Assembly: GCA_963778115.1 (NCBI GenBank)
Contig: CAVZSV010000004.1
Coordinates: 352,001-416,000, forward strand
Reading direction: 5' to 3'
From: an uncultured delta proteobacterium
Lineage (GTDB): Bacteria > Bdellovibrionota > FAC87 > UBA2466
Length of the DNA: 64,000 nucleotides
Part shown: positions 40,342 through 50,275 of the stretch, piece by piece
Position numbering within the stretch: the first letter of the stretch is position 1
Layout of the letters: each line of letters begins with the position of its first letter
Made by a program: the position numbers and the translations under genes
Notes under the pieces: model-generated
The model's database searches: none
What the model was told of the DNA's origin: nothing
The model's input: the letters and a program-made list of their open reading frames with translations, nothing else

Positions 40342-42063
40342 TTACTCAACTAATACTGGACTCGGTACCGCCTCGCCGTTGCTTGGCGGAGGTGGTACCG
40401 AGAACCAATTCCCAAATCTACTCTTTGCGATAATTTCTCGTACGCTAGCACGAATCTGAGGATCGTTTTCTAAAGCAGCTAGCGAGACTTCGAGAGGAGC
40501 TCCGGCAGCTTCGAGGATCTTGTCCCGGCACCTGTTAATCATCTCATTTACCACTGTCGCCGTCTCTTGTTCGAATGCGACCATGATTCCGATCACTTTG
40601 GCGGCTGCTTTAGGCACTTGGTTCGGATGAAAACCGACAGCAAGTCTTGCCGGCTTTCCCAGATATTTCATCTGCCCCACCCGCGCTAGTCGCATTTCTC
40701 TAATTACCTTGCGTCCCAAATTTTCGAGCGCAATGTCATGATGTGCCAAGGAATAGGAGAGACTCCCCTCAACGTCCGCATGTCCGACAACCGACTCGCT
40801 CGCTAACATCGTAATGAGATCTCCATTGTAGACCACTCCGGCATGATCAAGCCCCAAATCAAAAAGAAAGTTTGTCGGTGAAAAAACATCTGATACCGGT
40901 TTCAATCCCGCCTTCTTAAGTTGCTCAATCGCGTGCGATCTCATCTTACTCGTAACATACTTGACCGGAAAACCTGCGGCGACCAGAGCGGTCTGAATCA
41001 AAGTAGTGCAAGTCATTTCATCGACGGTGATGTCACCTTCACTGCGATCCCTACCTTGAAAATCGTACGACTTAGGAACCTGGATCATCTTCCAAACCAC
41101 GGAGCTAAGATCACTTTGCATCTTTGGAGTAACGTCTCGAAATCGTCTGACATGAGCGTGATGGACGAATTTACGTGATAGCCACTGTGCCAGCGGAACT
41201 AAGCGATCTCCTCTTTCATGGATCTCAAGAACCATCGGATAACGTTTATTGTCCCTAGGATTTAAAACCATGACAAACAAACCGCAATGCCGCCCGTAGG
41301 GACGAGGGTCAGAAAACCCTTCGAGGAGTCCTTCATCGGTACGATTGAGATCGGCAATTAGAACATCGCCCACCTGGAAATGTAGTCCCCGAAAAAAGAG
41401 GCTATGTTCCCCCGTCATGTCATAGAAACTCTCGTCAAAACCCTTCACATAATAGGTTCCAGGCAAGAAGTAGTTTCTGCCGAAATACGGAACGGGCTTG
41501 CTGATAGGTCTTGGCCCCGCACGCCGAACGGCTTTATCGCCGCCGTTGATTTTCAACCAAGCTCTAGACACAAATTCGGAATCTCCATAATTGGCTAGAA
41601 GCATCGCCAGTTGCTGTCGCGTCGTTGCTAATGGCTGGGAGATCTTATTCAATGCCCCAATGAGTGATGCTATCTGCGCTTGATCGATAAAAGGCCTAAG
41701 CCTATCCAATCGATCCATCCCCCAGACAAACATAGCTTCGTTTGCTGGCCCACCGGAACTCAGAACGATCCGGTTAATAAGATCTTCGCCCGCAAACTCC
41801 TGCCATCCGAAGTAGCGGTACTTGGCCTCAAGTCGCTCCAGCGGGTCCATCTCTTCTGCCATTTGAACTTGATAGAACCGATCCTGAGAAACTGCGATGG
41901 GATCTCGTCCCCTAGCGTCGGTGGCAGCCATGGGATTTCTCCCCGAGACCGCTATTGCCTCACTGAATTGAGCGAACTGCTCTGAGGGAACATCGGCTTG
42001 CGCCAATTGGGTTAAAAAAATTCCAGCGTAAGCCATTACCCATGGCCGTAACGAGTTTAACAA
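40342..42063 (-). CDS. Secreted protein with permuted papain-like (YiiX/YebB NlpC/P60) domain
   Basis: QVGDVLI, GRHCGLFV, KSYDF, MTCTTLIQTAL (His before Cys). Confidence 0.65.
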   Translation of the reverse strand: MLNSLRPWVMAYAGIFLTQLAQADVPSEQFAQFSEAIAVSGRNPMAATDARGRDPIAVSQDRFYQVQMAEEMDPLERLEAKYRYFGWQEFAGEDLINRIVLSSGGPANEAMFVWGMDRLDRLRPFIDQAQIASLIGALNKISQPLATTRQQLAMLLANYGDSEFVSRAWLKINGGDKAVRRAGPRPISKPVPYFGRNYFLPGTYYVKGFDESFYDMTGEHSLFFRGLHFQVGDVLIADLNRTDEGLLEGFSDPRPYGRHCGLFVMVLNPRDNKRYPMVLEIHERGDRLVPLAQWLSRKFVHHAHVRRFRDVTPKMQSDLSSVVWKMIQVPKSYDFQGRDRSEGDITVDEMTCTTLIQTALVAAGFPVKYVTSKMRSHAIEQLKKAGLKPVSDVFSPTNFLFDLGLDHAGVVYNGDLITMLASESVVGHADVEGSLSYSLAHHDIALENLGRKVIREMRLARVGQMKYLGKPARLAVGFHPNQVPKAAAKVIGIMVAFEQETATVVNEMINRCRDKILEAAGAPLEVSLAALENDPQIRASVREIIAKSRFGNWFSVPPPPSNGEAVPSPVLVE

Positions 42064-42081
42064 TAGGCAACTCCAGTCATT

Positions 42082-43680
42082 TTAATACAAAGCTTCTAGG
42101 CCCCGCCCTCTTTGAAGAAAAAGAGAATGGGCTGAAACACCATTTGGACTTCCATCTAGGGCTCCAGCGGCGGCATACTGCAGATTCTCGTCGGGTTCTC
42201 CAAATTCCGCCGGCAAACAACCCTTAGCGGTGCTCGAATTCAGGCACGCTTTAGTTTTTTGAAAGCCCATCTCAAAAAGGGGACCGGGCTTACTTTTTCC
42301 CGACAGGGCCAATTCGTCGTAGCCTCCCAGCGACAGCACCATATCCCCCCAGTACTGCGCGTGCTTCTCAAGCTTCACAAAGTCGATATTGGCCATGTCG
42401 AGGAATTTATCTCTTATAAATTGAGGCTTAATAAAGACCCCCGTGCTAAAGACGTAAACGTTAGGAAGCATCCGCTTTAGATCCCGGGCCGCCATCACAT
42501 CGATAAAACCACCAAAATAGATGCGTCGCTTACTCTGCCCCAGATGAGAATTGTCGTTAGCGTCACTGCCTCGGGGATCGGTGGCTTCGCCTACCAAAAG
42601 TTTTCGATAGTCACTCTCCTCTTGGGCGGGAAAGTAGATCGGTTCCGAAGCGGAATAGCGGATGGCATTGGCGTAGTCCTTGGGACCTGTCATTTCCCTA
42701 AGATCGCACTGCCTGTCGGCATACGGAATTTTCTTAAGCAGTTCGAAAAGATCAGACGTCACGAAGAGTGTACATGCTTTTCCCAAGTCCGTTACTTTTT
42801 GGGGCTTCTTTAGAAACGGATTTTCCGCGATAAAGTCCGCCTCTCCATCCGGATCGTCGACGTAATGATGAAAAGCATCTTCATTCCATCGCGGGTAGAA
42901 CGAACCGTAACTAATCTCTTTGATTCCCAAGCCCTTTGTTCCTCTCTGGGTCTGTTCCAGCACCAACAGGGCTCTCTCCGGGTACGTCAGAGTATTTATA
43001 AATTTATTAAACGGAATTCCCTCCCAAACGGCCTTTCGGAACTTGGAAAATAACGGGGCCTCAGCACGGGTCTTATCGATCGCCGCTACCATGGGGACGA
43101 ACATATCTCTGGGTAAATTATCGAGTGACTCAAAATTAGATGTCAGAACGGCAAAAGGGATTTTGGGTTTCAAACATCCCACTTTCCCGATCTCGTCCAT
43201 GCTCTGGACCCCAAGAGCGACTTTAATGTACGGCTCCAAATTGTTGGGATTTAGCCATGGAAGCATCCCCATAGAGAGAGCCTTCATCATATTGCTGGGA
43301 TTCTCATTTTCGCGAAGTTCCGCGAGCGCTGTCGAAATCCCGTTACGTTCCTTGGCCAGAACCTCCTTCACGTAATCTATCGAGGCGTTAGAGACGCCGT
43401 GGCATCCGAAGTAGACGGCGAGAATCGATCCTGAACTATTAGAGGTCAGCACCACATTTTCATCAGCGTTAGCCCCTTGCCACAGTTTCAGCTTTTCCGT
43501 AAGTGCCGCCACTGCCCCAACATCAATTGAGAGATAGGTCCCTTTGCCGCCGAAAGCGACTAAGAGCTTGGCGGTGGCTAAATCGCCTTTTGCCTGCGTG
43601 CTAGCAAAGGCAACGAGAATAAGAGTAACCGCTACAATAGAAGTCATTACGTTATTTGTCTTTTTTATGAATGAGTTCAT
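42082..43680 (-). CDS. Secreted atypical patatin-like protein
   Basis: VAFGGKG, TSNSSGSILA, AIRYSASEPIYFP, YFGGFID. Confidence 0.6.
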   Translation of the reverse strand: MNSFIKKTNNVMTSIVAVTLILVAFASTQAKGDLATAKLLVAFGGKGTYLSIDVGAVAALTEKLKLWQGANADENVVLTSNSSGSILAVYFGCHGVSNASIDYVKEVLAKERNGISTALAELRENENPSNMMKALSMGMLPWLNPNNLEPYIKVALGVQSMDEIGKVGCLKPKIPFAVLTSNFESLDNLPRDMFVPMVAAIDKTRAEAPLFSKFRKAVWEGIPFNKFINTLTYPERALLVLEQTQRGTKGLGIKEISYGSFYPRWNEDAFHHYVDDPDGEADFIAENPFLKKPQKVTDLGKACTLFVTSDLFELLKKIPYADRQCDLREMTGPKDYANAIRYSASEPIYFPAQEESDYRKLLVGEATDPRGSDANDNSHLGQSKRRIYFGGFIDVMAARDLKRMLPNVYVFSTGVFIKPQFIRDKFLDMANIDFVKLEKHAQYWGDMVLSLGGYDELALSGKSKPGPLFEMGFQKTKACLNSSTAKGCLPAEFGEPDENLQYAAAGALDGSPNGVSAHSLFLQRGRGLEALY

Positions 43681-45580
43681 AGGTAGCCCACCCTCCCGAT
43701 AGCGTTACGTTGGTAACGGATATGTTTCCGATATTTCCGATCGGCTCCATGTGAATATCGTATTGCTTGGTTTGTAACACCGGACGGAAAAATCGTTCGC
43801 CGATCTCCTTCAGCGGTTGATCTCCAATCGCGCATTCAGCCCCTTTAATGACACGAACTTCGCCTTCTCGAACTAGGCGGATTGGCGCATTTTTCGGTTT
43901 CTCCATGCGATAGATCGCCGAAAGGCCCGCCGATCCCACATAATTATTTCTTCCAATGGAAAACTCTTGGAGCCGTACCCCCAAGGACATCAAACCTGCT
44001 TCGTAACGAACTTCGAAAGGTCTGCGGGTCGATAGCTTCACTGAAGCCAAAGCCTGATCTTCTAGCTCATATTCTGGAGGGATGGAAAACAGCTTTCCGA
44101 AAAACTTCTCTTTGAATTCAGCTTCAGAGATAACTCTTCCAGCGAACATCGGATTTAAGTTCAATAAGGCCGACTCTTCCGCCAAAATAACGATAGAACT
44201 CTCTTTTCTGATGGGGAGGGTGGGCCATGTCCCCGAAGGAAGCTGAAATTTATTCGCAAACTTGGCTTCGATGCGAAGCAAATCGGCTCTGGTCGAAAAT
44301 GCCATTTGCGGAAAAAGGCCCGCACGTTCTAGCGGCTGTTTGAAGCTTTCGTTGTAATAGTTGTTGATACCAGAAGTCCTTTCCAAGGTTTGCACTTCGA
44401 GCTCCTTTCGAATTTTCTCCTCGGCCTGAGGCTGGCGCTTCCCTTCCAATTTTTCGGCCTCCTTAGTGCCCTTCCGGTAGGTAATTGCCGCTCGAATCTG
44501 TCCCTTAAAAAGCAGCCCCTCCCGAAAAGGGGTGAAAGAGGCACCTGTAGGAACGGTATCCACTATTTTGGAAACAATAGCAGCTGCTCCCGTGCCTACG
44601 CCTTGAGCATTGAAAATAATGGGAACGATAACGTCAGTAGAGTTCATCACCCGCCCCTTAAATTGAGCCGTTCCCCTTTTTCGTCCAATCGTCGTAATGG
44701 TATCCATTTGTACTTCGGCATTCGCAACGATGGCGACATCCGCCCGGTCCGCATTGGATTTGAAAACGACAGAAGCGGAGGCTCGCTTCATTTTCCCCTT
44801 CCCGTCGAGATGCCCGGCGGGAACGGGCTGGTGAACCTCAATGGATTTGTCCGATTTTAGCGGACGCTCAGAGACCAAATCATCGAGAAGCTGCTTGCGT
44901 ACAAAGAAGACTTGATTGGGAACCCAAAAAATGCCGCGAAGGGCGGCGCAAAGTTTCGGAGCTTGCGCTCTGTCCATGAACCATTCGTACCCAAGACGAA
45001 TCTGCCTAACTGCCGCCGTTAACTCTAATTCGTTAGAGCTACCCGCCCGCAAAATTTCAACTGCCCGAGATAATTTTTCGATTTGGCTTTCAGCGTGCGC
45101 GGTGAGTTCCCTGTCATCGTTACTTCGAACCACGCAAAGGTAGTCTTGAAGGCCGGCCCTGACGGACGCAAGTTCCACAGCCATTAGCCCCGGATAGTTT
45201 CCCCCCAAAAAAGGAACAACGAGCGCTTCCCAAGCGCTCGCAGACTGTTCTTGATGCAGGAATTCTTTGATCCGATCGAGTGCAAACTCTTTACGAACCT
45301 GAAGTCTCTGACGGCCATTGAATTCGGGTGCCGTCTTAATTCGAGCAAGAACCGCATCCAGCCTAGCCTCAAAGTCGTCTTTGATTTGAGAGACCTTATC
45401 AGAGGGAATATACCCAACTTCCGAAGAAGCCCTTTGGATAGTCGAGACCAGAGCATTCAAATCGGTATCCGGAGCAAGGATCCTAGTACCGTTATCCGCG
45501 CCTTCGCTTCTGGCTAAGCAGGAACACGCTATCCACAGCGTGACCATCCCACTCAAGAATACAGAGTTGCGACCTTCCAT
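43652..45580 (-). CDS. Secreted hypothetical protein, possible BPI/TULIP-like lipid-binding fold
   Basis: Signal peptide; helical N-terminus then strand/long-helix pattern. Confidence 0.6.
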   Translation of the reverse strand: MEGRNSVFLSGMVTLWIACSCLARSEGADNGTRILAPDTDLNALVSTIQRASSEVGYIPSDKVSQIKDDFEARLDAVLARIKTAPEFNGRQRLQVRKEFALDRIKEFLHQEQSASAWEALVVPFLGGNYPGLMAVELASVRAGLQDYLCVVRSNDDRELTAHAESQIEKLSRAVEILRAGSSNELELTAAVRQIRLGYEWFMDRAQAPKLCAALRGIFWVPNQVFFVRKQLLDDLVSERPLKSDKSIEVHQPVPAGHLDGKGKMKRASASVVFKSNADRADVAIVANAEVQMDTITTIGRKRGTAQFKGRVMNSTDVIVPIIFNAQGVGTGAAAIVSKIVDTVPTGASFTPFREGLLFKGQIRAAITYRKGTKEAEKLEGKRQPQAEEKIRKELEVQTLERTSGINNYYNESFKQPLERAGLFPQMAFSTRADLLRIEAKFANKFQLPSGTWPTLPIRKESSIVILAEESALLNLNPMFAGRVISEAEFKEKFFGKLFSIPPEYELEDQALASVKLSTRRPFEVRYEAGLMSLGVRLQEFSIGRNNYVGSAGLSAIYRMEKPKNAPIRLVREGEVRVIKGAECAIGDQPLKEIGERFFRPVLQTKQYDIHMEPIGNIGNISVTNVTLSGGWATYELIHKKDK

Positions 45581-45783
45581 CTGCCGTCATTTCTCCCGCG
45601 CTTATTGTTGTGATCCCCACGTTCGCGGGTACCATATTTTGATGCATCGTGTAAATCATTCTTCCTTCTCAGAATGAAGATCCTGTGGCTCCAAACCCCT
45701 TTGGTTTCTAGAGCGCTCACTGGGTTACTGCTTTACGATCGAGCAATAGTGGGTGTACCCAGAAGGCTTTGCGGAGAGACCCA

Positions 45784-47133
45784 ATGAAATTCAAAACGCC
45801 TCTACAGAATCTTGCTAACCTGTTGATACTAACCGGCTCTCTACTCTCGACGGGAATCTTCGCCGATATAACCGAAGTTCGAGTGTTGCATACTGAAGTT
45901 TTCCCAGCGGCTAAAGAACCGGCCCCGGCCGACGACACCGTTCTAGTGACAAAATATCGCTCCTTTTCCCAAAGCGTTCGCCCTATTAAGCGCTGCCTAC
46001 TCGTTCACGGATACGGAATGGCAAATAAGACCGTTGAACTTTTGAAGCTTCCTTTGATGTCGCAGCTCTATCTAAACTCTTACTTTGGCGATTACTTAAT
46101 ATCGGGCTTGGCCAAGAATGCTTGCGATGAAGTGGTCATGACAATCACCGAAACTGCCCAAACCTCCCTTCTCGAATACACTCGCAAGATCGAAAGAGTA
46201 TTAAAGGACTCCGTATGCAACGTTGCCCAGAGCGAGTTGGCGGAAAACCAAAAACCGTGCGCTCTGGTTGGCCATTCGTTGGGCGGAGCCGTAGCCACCG
46301 CTATCGCTCGCCGGTGCATGGAGGCCGAAAACGGTGAGTCGGAATTGGCAGAGAGCGGATGCCGTGGACTTGCCAAGATTTACTCTCTTGCCGGTGACGT
46401 AACCGGAACGACCGCCACGGCCCTTTTGGCCGGTGCACGAAAATTGAAAGACACCGTCGCCATTAGCGATCTCGATTCGGTGATTCATCTAGGAATCGTG
46501 ACCCTGCTTGAGCAGGCCGCTCAAGTACAGATGAACATTGTGGGAGATTTTATTCCGGGCCGCACCAATCCTTTGTGGCTAGATTTGGGGCCGGCCGCCC
46601 CCATGGAAAAGAACCTGCCTTTGTATGCGCAGACTCACGATCTCGTCCTTGAAAAACGCGGATGGCTGGAAGGGGACTATGCCGCTTCGGCTGGGATTTT
46701 CGCTTATAAAGACATAAATGAAGTTCAAACCGTCGGTTGTGGACAACGTCGTGCAGAGGTTGTTTTCGCAAAGCCCGCGATTCGCTTTGCTGCCTTAACC
46801 TGCAAAGCCTTTGGAGCCGCAGCCGGTCGAATTCATCTGCCTTCTTACCGAAGCCTCTTCGAGGATGGCGTAGCCGATTTCGGCGCCACCGTTGCTGGAT
46901 TAAAAGATCTCTCGAAGGGTTCCACCTTTACTTGGCAAAACTTTCAGCAGTCCGATGGTCTAGTGGATAAAGAGACAGCACTTCGAGTTTGTCTTAATAG
47001 CGAAAAAACCGACAAAAATCCCCGGGGAGCGGCAACTCATTGCCAGATATTCGATAACGTTAATCACTTGGCGATGTCGGGAGGAGCTTTAGAAGTCGCT
47101 GACGATGTTATCGCACAGCTAGCGCAAAAATAG
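45784..47133 (+). CDS. Secreted alpha/beta hydrolase (lipase-like)
   Basis: LVHGYG, GHSLGG, SDGLV, NHLAM. Confidence 0.85.
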   Translation: MKFKTPLQNLANLLILTGSLLSTGIFADITEVRVLHTEVFPAAKEPAPADDTVLVTKYRSFSQSVRPIKRCLLVHGYGMANKTVELLKLPLMSQLYLNSYFGDYLISGLAKNACDEVVMTITETAQTSLLEYTRKIERVLKDSVCNVAQSELAENQKPCALVGHSLGGAVATAIARRCMEAENGESELAESGCRGLAKIYSLAGDVTGTTATALLAGARKLKDTVAISDLDSVIHLGIVTLLEQAAQVQMNIVGDFIPGRTNPLWLDLGPAAPMEKNLPLYAQTHDLVLEKRGWLEGDYAASAGIFAYKDINEVQTVGCGQRRAEVVFAKPAIRFAALTCKAFGAAAGRIHLPSYRSLFEDGVADFGATVAGLKDLSKGSTFTWQNFQQSDGLVDKETALRVCLNSEKTDKNPRGAATHCQIFDNVNHLAMSGGALEVADDVIAQLAQK

Positions 47134-47201
47134 CCGCTTCATTGAAATTAGGCAAAATCGCTCCTGGTGACGTCTATCGAATTCGTGTATACGGCGGTTT
47201 A

Positions 47202-48695
47202 ATGAAGGTTTTGACCAGAACTTACCTACTTTTTTTCGCACTTTTTGCGCCGAACCTTGCGCAGGCGGATAAAGTCCAAAAATACGTCTCGGAAATCCCC
47301 GCGCAGGCCACTGTGCCCCTTCGGGTTTCAGGAGACATCTTCTTTCGCCCCTTTCATCACCACGATGCGAATCCCCGCCGCTTTAAGCGCTGCGCTTTGA
47401 TTCACGGTTACGGAATGGGTCAGAAGATGATGGACCTGCTCTTTGGCCCCACCAAGAATCGAACGGAGGCAAAAATTGCTCAGATGGCCATCAACCTTCA
47501 ATTGAAGGATACGGCCCAGGCTGCCGCCGAAATGACCCTGGGACCGGAATTCATCGATCGCATGGCAAAGGAAGTTTGCGAAGAGGTTTATGCCCCCATC
47601 CAAGAAACAGTCCAGACTTCTCTGCTGGAGATGGTGCAAAGAACAGAAATGTTTCTTAAACAGTTCGTTTGTGATTTCGATCCTAGAACACTGGCTTCGG
47701 GTCAAAGAGGTTGCGCCCTCTTTGGCGTCTCAAAAGGGGGAGCTGCGGTGACTCACCTGATGCGAAGGTGCATGGAAGGCGCACAAGGAGCTTCCTTGCT
47801 GGGAGAGAGAGGATGTAAAAATATCGGCAAGATATATTCCGCCGGAGGTGTCATTGAAGGGGTAGCAGCTTCTGCACTTGTCCTTGGGGCAAAGGTTCAA
47901 CACAGAGATGATCTAATGACACAGATTATTCAGATTCTCTCTGGCGGCATCATACAGGACGCCGAACACGCCCGCAGTTTTGGTTTTGATCTCACCTCTG
48001 ATTACGAAGTCGGAAAGACTAATCCGGGCTGGCTAGACCTAAGTCCGGTAGCCCCCATGGAAAACGATATTCCAGTTCTGGTAAAGGCCCGCCAAATCCC
48101 TTTGCACCGAACGGGGTGGTTTCGCGGCGAATATACGGCAGCGGCTTCAAGGCACCTCTTTAATGACGAAATCCCTTCCGTCATCAGTTCAGGAACCAGA
48201 TGGCGCCCTAATTACCGTACCGTTCTTTCTATTCTCCATAATATCGAAATTCTCTCAGGCAAGAATCGGGAAAAAGCCGAGGTGGCTTCTGAAACCGAAG
48301 CTACCGTAAAGGAGATGGAAAAAAGGCCTCCTCCTTTTATCAGGATGCTAGATAAAAGCTGCGCGACTTTCGGCTCGCAAATCTATCTTCTGCATACGAC
48401 CGAATGGAAGCCGGTCCTAGAAAAAGGAGTCCAAGCGCTTTTGGACTTTAGCGCCTCACGCCCCCAAGGAAACTCTTTGGATTTGGAACAACTGCTGAGT
48501 TGGGACCGTTTCCAAGTGTCTGACGGCTTGGTAGATTATTCGCTCTCCTTGGATTATTGCTGGCGGGCGCTCAAAGCAAATACCGGCCTCGTCAAAAGTT
48601 GTCGATCCTTTGAAAATCCCGCTCTGAACCATTTTGCGATGGGGGGGAGTGCGCTAGAACTCTCGGCCGATGTAGTAGGCTTTTTCACGGAATAG
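47202..48695 (+). CDS. Secreted alpha/beta hydrolase, paralog of preceding gene
   Basis: LIHGYG, GVSKGG, SDGLV, NHFAM. Confidence 0.85.
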   Translation: MKVLTRTYLLFFALFAPNLAQADKVQKYVSEIPAQATVPLRVSGDIFFRPFHHHDANPRRFKRCALIHGYGMGQKMMDLLFGPTKNRTEAKIAQMAINLQLKDTAQAAAEMTLGPEFIDRMAKEVCEEVYAPIQETVQTSLLEMVQRTEMFLKQFVCDFDPRTLASGQRGCALFGVSKGGAAVTHLMRRCMEGAQGASLLGERGCKNIGKIYSAGGVIEGVAASALVLGAKVQHRDDLMTQIIQILSGGIIQDAEHARSFGFDLTSDYEVGKTNPGWLDLSPVAPMENDIPVLVKARQIPLHRTGWFRGEYTAAASRHLFNDEIPSVISSGTRWRPNYRTVLSILHNIEILSGKNREKAEVASETEATVKEMEKRPPPFIRMLDKSCATFGSQIYLLHTTEWKPVLEKGVQALLDFSASRPQGNSLDLEQLLSWDRFQVSDGLVDYSLSLDYCWRALKANTGLVKSCRSFENPALNHFAMGGSALELSADVVGFFTE

Positions 48696-48755
48696 GGTTA
48701 AGGGTTAACCCCCAGGGATTCAGCGCTGACCCTAAAATCCGAAGGAGTAGCAAGT

Positions 48756-49502
48756 ATGCGAAAAGTATTCTTTGCCGGGCTAATATTATTGCAAACCACT
48801 AGCCTCAAAGCGGAGGTGCCCGATGTTGGCTCTACTGCTTCTCCTCCCCCTTCTCATTCCCATCCGTCTCCCACTTATCAGATGCTAAGAAATAACCAAT
48901 TTCAATCGGCGCAACAGCGAATCGCTTTGGAAATGGCTGTAGCGATTGCCGAAGTGGAGCTTACCAAAGCCCGTGGGTTGAATCAGATTAATGTCGATAC
49001 CGCAGCGGAAGACCCCAGAGCCGTTGCTAAACTACCCGCAAAAAAAACGGTAATGCTTCTAAGAGCTGCCGAACTGACGCTAGACGAAGCCAAAGCCCTT
49101 CGAGATATGGCAGCGTGGCAGGAATGGTGTTGGAATGCGCAAGCTTCACTCATCGTCGGAGGGAGTGTCCCTGATGAGGACATGGCAAATGGTTACGACA
49201 AACTTTGGCAAGCCACCGAACGAGCGGCCCTAATTGCGATCGAAAGAGCGACCGTTCAAAGAGATTTCGCGACTGAGAATCATGCGGTAATCCAAAGCCT
49301 GTTCGCACAGGGTGCAGAAAACAAGCTCGACGTCCTTACGGCCAAAGCGGATTTAGACAAGGCTTGTGCTTCTGTGGTGGGAGCTCGGTCCCTGGCGGCG
49401 CAAGCTAGACTCGTCCGCGAAACTTTCCTTTCGGTGGAAAAGCAGGTTCTCTCCCCCCCTTCCAGTAATGCTCCACCCACCCCTGATCCCACTTCGATGT
49501 GA
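48756..49502 (+). CDS. Secreted helical protein, TolC/OEP- or HlyD-like repeat
   Basis: AAGGAG RBS, signal peptide; IQSLFAQGAENKLDVLTAKADL. Confidence 0.55.
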   Translation: MRKVFFAGLILLQTTSLKAEVPDVGSTASPPPSHSHPSPTYQMLRNNQFQSAQQRIALEMAVAIAEVELTKARGLNQINVDTAAEDPRAVAKLPAKKTVMLLRAAELTLDEAKALRDMAAWQEWCWNAQASLIVGGSVPDEDMANGYDKLWQATERAALIAIERATVQRDFATENHAVIQSLFAQGAENKLDVLTAKADLDKACASVVGARSLAAQARLVRETFLSVEKQVLSPPSSNAPPTPDPTSM

Positions 49503-49604
49503 GACCTACAGCGACTCGCTTGGTCTACCGCGTCGTCCTTTGCTAAGCGCCTAACTCCGAAATAGGCTTCGCCCATCGGGTTCGGTTCAAAGGGGGCTTA
49601 GTTT

Positions 49605-50275
49605 ATGGTGAGGATACTTTTTGCCGCTTTTCTTTTTTCTTTTGCTTCGATTCTATTTGGAGCAAATGATTTATCTGTCCACGCCTCCTCGGCCACTTCT
49701 TTGATGCTAACCAATCGTCAACTCGAAGCAGAACGCACGCGAATTACTCGAGATGCAGAGGTCTCGGAAGATCTAATCGAACTCTCGCGAGCCCAACAGA
49801 CTTACGAGCTCTTTGCCGGAGTAATCGCGAAAGATCCTAGCGCGATTCCAGAAATCGCATTTCAGAAAGCGACCATGCTGCTACAAGCGGCTAGCTTGAA
49901 AGTCGAGGAATCCAGGGCTCTATGACAGGCCGCGATCGCAGAGGAGTTAGTTTGGGAGTGGCAGGCTAAGATCTCCCTCGGAGAATCGGTCTCTCAAGAA
50001 CAACTTCAGAACGAATACGAACAGATTTGGCAGTCTCAATTGGCGGCAGCGAACTTCGCCGTGGAGCGCACCACCGTACAACGTGATTTCGCCCAGGCGT
50101 TTGAAATTAAGATTGCTAGTTCACTTTCGAAGGGCACGTCAAGCGAGCTCGATTTAGTGATGCCAAAAACGATTGGCAAGTCGCCTCCAGTGCGGTCACC
50201 GCAGCGCAAACGCAACGAGAGCTTGCCCAAAAGGCCCTGGCTGATTTTCGAACTACACTGCTAACAGACAAATCG
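49605..50275 (+). pseudogene. Disrupted paralog of 48756..49502
   Basis: In-frame TGA at 49923 aligned to Arg of the paralog; homology continues (ERTTVQRDFA vs ERATVQRDFA); frameshift near 50158. Confidence 0.75.

Noticed and set aside
49923..49925. In-frame TGA as selenocysteine or Trp recoding
   Set aside because: Aligns to Arg in the paralog, further frameshifts follow, and TGA is a normal stop for rpoB
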